From positions 1-37,700 of IMG/VR virus record IMGVR_UViG_2541047736_000004: a DNA stretch of 37,700 nt; one strand, written 5' to 3'. The position numbers and the translations under genes were made by a program. This DNA is from a virus (taxonomy: Duplodnaviria; Heunggongvirae; Uroviricota; Caudoviricetes). The notes beneath the pieces are model-generated. The model saw nothing but the letters and a program-made list of their open reading frames with translations, was not told the DNA's origin and did not search any database. Shown piece after piece: positions 31,285 through 37,700 of this stretch; position 1 is the stretch's first letter, and each line of letters starts with the position of its first letter.

Positions 31285-31683
31285 ATGACGAAAGATGAAC
31301 TGATTGCCCGTCTCCGTTCGCTGGGTGAACAACTGAACCGTGATGTCAGCCTGACGGGGACGAAAGAAGAACTGGCGCTCCGTGTGGCAGAGCTGGAAGA
31401 GGAGCTTGATGACACGGATGACGCTGCCGGTCAGGATACATCTGTCAACCCGGAAAATGCGCTGACCGGACATGAAAATGAGGTGGTATCAGCGCAGCCG
31501 GATACCGTGATTCAGGATACGGCTGCTCTGGTCACGGTCGTGGCACTGGTGACGCTGCATACCGATGCACTTCACGCCACGCGGGATGAACCTGTGGCAT
31601 TTGCGCTGCCGGGAACGGCGTTTCGTGTCTCTGCCGGTATGGCAGCCGAAATGACAGAACGTGGCCTGGCCAGAATGCAATAA
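31285..31683 (+). CDS. FI: DNA packaging protein FI (132 aa from MTKDELIARL)
   Basis: Matches lambda FI as recalled. Confidence 0.9.
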   Translation: MTKDELIARLRSLGEQLNRDVSLTGTKEELALRVAELEEELDDTDDAAGQDTSVNPENALTGHENEVVSAQPDTVIQDTAALVTVVALVTLHTDALHATRDEPVAFALPGTAFRVSAGMAAEMTERGLARMQ

Positions 31684-31694
31684 CGGGAGGCGCT

Positions 31695-32048
31695 GTGGCT
31701 GATTTCGATAACCTGTTCGATGCTGCCATTGCCCGCGCCGATGAAACGATACGCGGGTACATGGGAACGTCAGCCACCATGACATCCGGTGAGCAGTCCG
31801 GCGCAGTAATACGTGGTGTTTTTGATGACCCTGAAAATATCAGCTATGCCGGACAGGGCGTGCGCGTTGAAGGCTCCAGCCCGTCCCTGTTTGTCCGGAC
31901 TGATGATGTGCGGCAACTGCGGCGTGGAGACACGCTGACCATCGGTGAGGAAAACTTCTGGATAGACCGGATTTCGCCGGATGATGGCGGAAGCTGTCAT
32001 CTCTGGCTTGGGCGGGGCGTACCGCCTGCCGTTAACCGTCGCCGCTGA
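31695..32048 (+). CDS. FII: Head-tail connector FII (117 aa)
   Basis: Matches lambda FII as recalled. Confidence 0.9.
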   Translation: MADFDNLFDAAIARADETIRGYMGTSATMTSGEQSGAVIRGVFDDPENISYAGQGVRVEGSSPSLFVRTDDVRQLRRGDTLTIGEENFWIDRISPDDGGSCHLWLGRGVPPAVNRRR

Positions 32049-32059
32049 AAGGGGGATGT

Positions 32060-32638
32060 ATGGCCATAAAAGGTCTTGAGCAGGCCGTTGAAAACCTCAG
32101 CCGTATCAGCAGAACGGCGGTGCCCGGTGCCGCCGCAATGGCCATTAACCGCGTTGCTTCATCCGCGATATCGCAGTCGGCGTCACAGGTTGCCCGTGAG
32201 ACAAAGGTACGCCGGAAACTGGTAAAGGAAAGGGCCAGGCTGAAAAGGGCCACGGTCAAAAATCCGCAGGCCAGAATCAAGGTTAACCGGGGGGATTTGC
32301 CCGTAATAAAGCTGGGTAACGCGCGGATTGTCCTGTCCCGACGCAGGCGTCGTAAAAAGGGGCAGCGTTCAGCCCTGAAAGGTGGCGGCAGCGTGCTTGT
32401 GGTGGGAAACCGTCGTATTCCCGGCGCGTTTATTCAGCAACTGAAAAATGGCCGCTGGCATGTCATGCAGCGTGTGGCTGGGAAAAACCGTTACCCCATT
32501 GATGTGGTGAAAATCCCGATGGCGGTGCCGCTGACCACGGCGTTTAAACAGAATATTGAGCGGATACGGCGTGAGCGTCTTCCGAAAGAGCTGGGCTATG
32601 CGCTGCAGCATCAACTGAGGATGGTAATAAAGCGATGA
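32060..32638 (+). CDS. Z: Tail completion protein Z (192 aa)
   Basis: Matches lambda gpZ as recalled. Confidence 0.9.
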   Translation: MAIKGLEQAVENLSRISRTAVPGAAAMAINRVASSAISQSASQVARETKVRRKLVKERARLKRATVKNPQARIKVNRGDLPVIKLGNARIVLSRRRRRKKGQRSALKGGGSVLVVGNRRIPGAFIQQLKNGRWHVMQRVAGKNRYPIDVVKIPMAVPLTTAFKQNIERIRRERLPKELGYALQHQLRMVIKR

Positions 32639-33030
32639 AACATACTGAACTCCGTGCAGCCATACTGGATGCACTGGAGAAGCATGACACCGGGGCGACG
32701 TTTTTTGATGGTCGCCCCGCTGTTTTTGATGAGGCGGATTTTCCGGCAGTTGCCGTTTATCTCACCGGCGCTGAATACACGGGCGAAGAGCTGGACAGCG
32801 ATACCTGGCAGGCGGAGCTGCATATCGAAGTTTTCCTGCCTGCTCAGGTGCCGGATTCAGAGCTGGATGCGTGGATGGAGTCCCGGATTTATCCGGTGAT
32901 GAGCGATATCCCGGCACTGTCAGATTTGATCACCAGTATGGTGGCCAGTGGCTATGACTACCGGCGCGACGATGATGCGGGCCTGTGGAGTTCTGCCGAT
33001 CTGACTTATGTCATTACCTATGAAATGTGA
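32635..33030 (+). CDS. U: Tail terminator protein U (131 aa)
   Basis: Matches lambda gpU as recalled. Confidence 0.9.
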   Translation: MKHTELRAAILDALEKHDTGATFFDGRPAVFDEADFPAVAVYLTGAEYTGEELDSDTWQAELHIEVFLPAQVPDSELDAWMESRIYPVMSDIPALSDLITSMVASGYDYRRDDDAGLWSSADLTYVITYEM

Positions 33031-33037
33031 GGACGAT

Positions 33038-33778
33038 ATGCCTGTACCAAATCCAGCAATACCGGTGAAAGGTGCCGGAACCACCCTGTGGGTTTATAAC
33101 GGGAGCGGCGACCCTTATGCGAAACCGCTTTCAGACGTTGACTGGTCGCGTCTGGCTAAAGTTAAAGACCTGACGCCCGGCGAACTGACCGCTGAGTCCT
33201 ATGACGACAGTTATCTCGATGATGAAGATGCGGACTGGACCGCGACCGGGCAGGGGCAGAAATCCGCCGGAGATACCAGCTTCACGCTGGCGTGGATGCC
33301 CGGAGAGCAGGGGCAGCAGGCGCTGCTGGCGTGGTTTAATGAAGGTGATACCCGTGCCTATAAAATCCGCTTCCCGAACGGCACGGTCGATGTGTTCCGT
33401 GGCTGGGTCAGCAGTATCGGTAAGGCGGTGACGGCGAAGGAAGTGATCACCCGTACGGTGAAGGTCACCAATGTGGGCCGTCCGTCAATGGCAGAAGATC
33501 GCAGTACGGTGACGGCGGCAACCGGTATGACTGTGACGCCTGCCAGCTCCTCGGTGGTGAAAGGGCAGAGCACCACGCTGACCGTGGCATTCCAGCCGGA
33601 AGGCGCAACTGACAAGAGCTTCCGTGCGGTGTCAGCGGATAAAACAAAAGCCACCGTGTCGGTCAGTGGTATGACCATCACCGTGAAAGGCGTTGCTGCA
33701 GGTAAGGTCAACATTCCGGTTGTATCCGGTAATGGTGAACTTGCTGCGGTTGCAGAAATCACTGTCACCGACAGTTAA
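33038..33778 (+). CDS. V: Major tail tube protein V (246 aa from MPVPNP)
   Basis: Matches lambda gpV as recalled, including the C-terminal Ig-like domain. Confidence 0.95.
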   Translation: MPVPNPAIPVKGAGTTLWVYNGSGDPYAKPLSDVDWSRLAKVKDLTPGELTAESYDDSYLDDEDADWTATGQGQKSAGDTSFTLAWMPGEQGQQALLAWFNEGDTRAYKIRFPNGTVDVFRGWVSSIGKAVTAKEVITRTVKVTNVGRPSMAEDRSTVTAATGMTVTPASSSVVKGQSTTLTVAFQPEGATDKSFRAVSADKTKATVSVSGMTITVKGVAAGKVNIPVVSGNGELAAVAEITVTDS

Positions 33779-33793
33779 TCCGGAGAGTCAGCG

Positions 33794-34216
33794 ATGTTCC
33801 TGAAAACCGAATCATTTGAACATAACGGCGTGACCGTCACGCTTTCTGAACTGTCAGCCCTGCAGCGTATTGAGCATCTCGCCCTGATGAAACGGCAGGC
33901 AGAACAGGCGGAGTCAGACAGCAACCGGAAGTTTACTGTGGAAGACGCCATCAGAACCGGTGCTTTTGTGGTGGCTATGTCCCTGTGGCATAACCATCCG
34001 CAGAAGACAAAGCAGCCTTCCATGAATGAAGCCGTTAAACAGATTGAGCAGGAAGTGCTTACCACCTGGCCTACAGAGGCAATTTCTCATGCTGAAAACG
34101 TGGTGTACCGGCTGTCCGGTATGTATGAGTTTGTGGTGAATGATGCCCGTGAACAGGCAGAGGACGCTGGGCCTGCAGAGCCTGTTTCTGCGGGAAAGTG
34201 TTCGACGGTGAGCTGA
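33794..34216 (+). CDS. G: Tail assembly chaperone G (140 aa)
   Basis: Matches lambda gpG as recalled. Confidence 0.9.
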   Translation: MFLKTESFEHNGVTVTLSELSALQRIEHLALMKRQAEQAESDSNRKFTVEDAIRTGAFVVAMSLWHNHPQKTKQPSMNEAVKQIEQEVLTTWPTEAISHAENVVYRLSGMYEFVVNDAREQAEDAGPAEPVSAGKCSTVS

Positions 34217-34632
34217 GTTTTGCCCTGAAACTGGCGCGCGAGATGGGGCGACCCGACTGGCGTGCCATGCTTGCCGGGATGTCATCCACGGAGTATGCCG
34301 ACTGGCATCGCTTTTACAGTACCCATTATTTTCATGATGTTCTGCTGGATATGCACTTTTCCGGGCTGACGTACACCGTGCTCAGCCTGTTTTTCAGCGA
34401 TCCGGATATGCATCCGCTGGATTTCAGTCTGCTGAACCGGCGCGAGGCTGACGAAGAGCCTGAAGATGATGTGCTGATGCAGAAAGCGGCAGGGCTTGCC
34501 GGAGGCGTCCGCTTTGGCCCGGACGGGAATGAAGTTATCCCCGCTTCCCCGGATGTGGCGGACATGACGGAGGATGACGTAATGCTGATGACAGTATCAG
34601 AAGGGATCGCAGGAGGAGTCCGGTATGGCTGA
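33794..34632 (+). CDS. T: G-T fusion tail assembly chaperone produced by -1 frameshift; T frame is the supplied ORF 34198-34632
   Basis: T-frame translation matches lambda gpT as recalled and overlaps the end of G in the -1 frame. Confidence 0.85.
34192..34198 (+). promoter_or_regulatory. Programmed -1 ribosomal frameshift slippery heptamer G_GGA_AAG (G to G-T fusion)
   Basis: GGGAAAG lies in the zero frame near the end of G; the T reading frame opens in the -1 frame at this point. Confidence 0.85.
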
Positions 34633-37186
34633 ACCGGTAGGCGATCTGGTCGTTGATTTGAGTCTGGATGCGGCCAGATTTGACGAGCAGATGGCCAGAG
34701 TCAGGCGTCATTTTTCCGGTACGGAAAGTGATGCGAAAAAAACAGCGGCAGTCGTTGAACAGTCGCTGAGCCGACAGGCACTGGCTGCACAGAAAGCGGG
34801 GATTTCCGTCGGGCAGTATAAAGCCGCCATGCGTATGCTGCCTGCGCAGTTCACCGACGTGGCCACGCAGCTTGCAGGCGGGCAAAGTCCGTGGCTGATC
34901 CTGCTGCAACAGGGTGGTCAGGTGAAGGACTCCTTCGGCGGGATGATCCCCATGTTCAGGGGGCTTGCCGGTGCGATCACCCTGCCGATGGTCGGGGCCA
35001 CCTCGCTGGCGGTGGCGACCGGTGCGCTGGCGTATGCCTGGTATCAGGGCAACTCAACCCTGTCCGATTTCAACAAAACGCTGGTCCTTTCCGGCAATCA
35101 GGCAGGACTGACGGCAGATCGTATGCTGGTCCTGTCCAGAGCCGGGCAGGCGGCAGGGCTGACGTTTAACCAGACCAGCGAGTCACTCAGCGCACTGGTT
35201 AAGGCGGGGGTAAGCGGTGAGGCTCAGATTGCGTCCATCAGCCAGAGTGTGGCGCGTTTCTCCTCTGCATCCGGCGTGGAGGTGGACAAGGTCGCTGAAG
35301 CCTTCGGGAAGCTGACCACAGACCCGACGTCGGGGCTGACGGCGATGGCGCGCCAGTTCCATAACGTGACGGCGGAGCAGATTGCGTATGTTGCTCAGTT
35401 GCAGCGTTCCGGCGATGAAGCCGGGGCATTGCAGGCGGCGAACGAGGCCGCAACGAAAGGGTTTGATGACCAGACCCGCCGCCTGAAAGAGAACATGGGC
35501 ACGCTGGAGACCTGGGCAGACAGGACTGCGCGGGCATTCAAATCCATGTGGGATGCGGTGCTGGATATTGGTCGTCCTGATACCGCGCAGGAGATGCTGA
35601 TTAAGGCAGAGGCTGCGTTTAAGAAAGCAGACGACATCTGGAATCTGCGCAAGGATGATTATTTTGTTAACGATGAAGCGCGGGCGCGTTACTGGGATGA
35701 TCGTGAAAAGGCCCGTCTTGCGCTTGAAGCCGCCCGAAAGAAGGCTGAGCAGCAGACTCAACAGGACAAAAATGCGCAGCAGCAGAGTGATACCGAAGCG
35801 TCACGGCTGAAATATACCGAAGAGGCGCAGAAGGCTTACGAACGGCTGCAGACGCCGCTGGAGAAATATACCGCCCGTCAGGAAGAACTGAACAAGGCAC
35901 TGAAAGACGGGAAAATCCTGCAGGCGGATTACAACACGCTGATGGCGGCGGCGAAAAAGGATTATGAAGCGACGCTGAAAAAGCCGAAACAGTCCGGCGT
36001 GAAGGTGTCTGCGGGCGATCGTCAGGAAGACAGTGCTCATGCTGCCCTGCTGACGCTTCAGGCAGAACTCCGGACGCTGGAGAAGCATGCCGGAGCAAAT
36101 GAGAAAATCAGCCAGCAGCGCCGGGATTTGTGGAAGGCGGAGAGTCAGTTCGCGGTACTGGAGGAGGCGGCGCAACGTCGCCAGCTGTCTGCACAGGAGA
36201 AATCCCTGCTGGCGCATAAAGATGAGACGCTGGAGTACAAACGCCAGCTGGCTGCACTTGGCGACAAGGTTACGTATCAGGAGCGCCTGAACGCGCTGGC
36301 GCAGCAGGCGGATAAATTCGCACAGCAGCAACGGGCAAAACGGGCCGCCATTGATGCGAAAAGCCGGGGGCTGACTGACCGGCAGGCAGCGCGGGAAGCC
36401 ACGGAACAGCGCCTGAAGGAACAGTATGGCGATAATCCGCTGGCGCTGAATAACGTCATGTCAGAGCAGAAAAAGACCTGGGCGGCTGAAGACCAGCTTC
36501 GCGGGAGCTGGATGGCAGGCCTGAAGTCCGGCTGGAGTGAGTGGGAAGAGAGCGCCACGGACAGTATGTCACAGGTTAAAAGTGCAGCCACGCAGACCTT
36601 TGATGGTATTGCACAGAATATGGCGGCGATGCTGACCGGCAGTGAGCAGAACTGGCGCAGCTTCACCCGCTCCGTGCTGTCCATGATGACAGAAATTCTG
36701 CTTAAGCAGGCAATGGTGGGGATTGTCGGGAGTATCGGCAGCGCCATTGGCGGGGCTGTTGGTGGCGGCGCATCCGCGTCAGGCGGTACAGCCATTCAGG
36801 CCGCTGCGGCGAAATTCCATTTTGCGACCGGGGGATTTACGGGAACCGGCGGCAAATATGAGCCAGCGGGGATTGTTCACCGTGGTGAATTTGTCTTCAC
36901 GAAGGAGGCAACCAGCCGGATTGGTGTCGGCAACCTGTACCGCCTGATGCGGGGCTATGCGGAAGGTGGTTATGTGGGCGGTGCCGGAAGTCCGGCGCAG
37001 ATGCGGCGGGCTGAAGGCATTAATTTTAATCAGAACAATCACGTGGTGATTCAGAACGACGGTACGAATGGTCTGCCAGGTCCACAGATGATGAAGGCAG
37101 TGTATGACATGGCCCGCAAGGGTGCCCGTGATGAAATTCAGACACAGATGCGTGATGGTGGCCTGTTCTCCGGAGGTGGACGATGA
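34625..37186 (+). CDS. H: Tail tape measure protein H (853 aa)
   Basis: Matches lambda gpH in length and sequence as recalled. Confidence 0.95.
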   Translation: MAEPVGDLVVDLSLDAARFDEQMARVRRHFSGTESDAKKTAAVVEQSLSRQALAAQKAGISVGQYKAAMRMLPAQFTDVATQLAGGQSPWLILLQQGGQVKDSFGGMIPMFRGLAGAITLPMVGATSLAVATGALAYAWYQGNSTLSDFNKTLVLSGNQAGLTADRMLVLSRAGQAAGLTFNQTSESLSALVKAGVSGEAQIASISQSVARFSSASGVEVDKVAEAFGKLTTDPTSGLTAMARQFHNVTAEQIAYVAQLQRSGDEAGALQAANEAATKGFDDQTRRLKENMGTLETWADRTARAFKSMWDAVLDIGRPDTAQEMLIKAEAAFKKADDIWNLRKDDYFVNDEARARYWDDREKARLALEAARKKAEQQTQQDKNAQQQSDTEASRLKYTEEAQKAYERLQTPLEKYTARQEELNKALKDGKILQADYNTLMAAAKKDYEATLKKPKQSGVKVSAGDRQEDSAHAALLTLQAELRTLEKHAGANEKISQQRRDLWKAESQFAVLEEAAQRRQLSAQEKSLLAHKDETLEYKRQLAALGDKVTYQERLNALAQQADKFAQQQRAKRAAIDAKSRGLTDRQAAREATEQRLKEQYGDNPLALNNVMSEQKKTWAAEDQLRGSWMAGLKSGWSEWEESATDSMSQVKSAATQTFDGIAQNMAAMLTGSEQNWRSFTRSVLSMMTEILLKQAMVGIVGSIGSAIGGAVGGGASASGGTAIQAAAAKFHFATGGFTGTGGKYEPAGIVHRGEFVFTKEATSRIGVGNLYRLMRGYAEGGYVGGAGSPAQMRRAEGINFNQNNHVVIQNDGTNGLPGPQMMKAVYDMARKGARDEIQTQMRDGGLFSGGGR

Positions 37187-37512
37187 AGACCTTCCGCTGG
37201 AAAGTGAAACCCGGTATGGATGTGGCTTCGGCCCCTTCTGTAAGAAAGGTGCGCTTTGGTGATGGCTATTCCCAGCGAGCGCCTGCCGGGCTGAATGCCA
37301 ACCTGAAAACGTACAGCGTGACGCTTTCTGTCCCCCGTGAGGAGGCCACGGTACTGGAGTCGTTTCTGGAAGAGCACGGGGGCTGGAAAGCCTTTCTGTG
37401 GACGCCGCCTTATGAGTGGCGGCAGATAAAGGTGACCTGCGCAAAATGGTCGTCGCGGGTCAGTATGCTGCGTGTTGAGTTCAGCGCAGAGTTTGAACAG
37501 GTGGTGAACTGA
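37183..37512 (+). CDS. M: Tail tip protein M (109 aa)
   Basis: Matches lambda gpM as recalled. Confidence 0.9.
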   Translation: MKTFRWKVKPGMDVASAPSVRKVRFGDGYSQRAPAGLNANLKTYSVTLSVPREEATVLESFLEEHGGWKAFLWTPPYEWRQIKVTCAKWSSRVSMLRVEFSAEFEQVVN

Positions 37513-37700
37513 TGCAGGATATCCGGCAGGAAACACTGAATGAATGCACCCGTGCGGAGCAGTCGGCCAGCGTGGTGCTCTGGGAAATCGACCTGACAGA
37601 GGTCGGTGGAGAACGTTATTTTTTCTGTAATGAGCAGAACGAAAAAGGTGAGCCGGTCACCTGGCAGGGGCGACAGTATCAGCCGTATCCCATTCAGGGG
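37512..37700 (+). CDS. L: Tail tip protein L, N-terminal 63 codons (cut by window end)
   Basis: ATG overlapping M stop; MQDIRQETLNECTRAEQSASVVLWEIDL matches lambda gpL as recalled. Confidence 0.85.
   Translation, partial: MQDIRQETLNECTRAEQSASVVLWEIDLTEVGGERYFFCNEQNEKGEPVTWQGRQYQPYPIQG

Noticed and set aside
34891-36795. Several long ORFs on both strands inside the tape measure gene H (for example 35183-35761, 35801-36331 and 36277-36795 on minus; 34891-35169 on plus)
   Set aside because: They lie wholly within the H coding region, which matches lambda gpH end to end, and encode low-complexity Arg/Pro/Ala-rich sequence typical of out-of-frame translation of GC-rich DNA.

Overview
This window is a lambda-like (lambdoid) prophage of an Escherichia coli-type genome, next to the host sucrose permease gene cscB. 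All calls rest on reading the supplied ORF translations and the DNA by eye; no searches or computations were run, and named homologies are from memory. Left to right: cscB; two short tRNA-Arg-like fragments flanking an AlpA-family gene, with no integrase; an early-left accessory region (266-aa TGT-like candidate, secreted LprI-like protein, Ea22-like, TraR-like zinc finger, DGQHR/DndB-like protein, orf60a-like); lambda exo-bet-gam; a candidate N-like gene with pL/OL; an IS4 copy (1426 bp, 12-bp target duplication) inserted in the loop of the immunity-operon terminator; a two-gene cassette in the position lambda uses for rexAB, downstream of a LexA-like cI repressor; cro-like and YdaT-like genes; O (with iteron origin) and P; a strongly AT-rich two-gene island; a nin region with a Bro-N module bounded by ~105-bp direct repeats; ninB-ninE-ybcO-rusA-ylcG-Q; an antisense nmpC porin; holin-endolysin-Rz/Rz1; bor; cos; and a lambda head and tail module from nu1 to L, cut by the window end. 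The best candidates for undescribed biology are (1) the AT-rich island at 14564-16203 (soluble protein plus 3-TM membrane protein), (2) the rex-position cassette at 10269-10987 (small acidic protein plus tail-anchored coiled-coil membrane protein), and (3) the DGQHR protein at 5017-6081, possibly paired with the TGT-like gene at 2261-3061 as a DNA-modification module.
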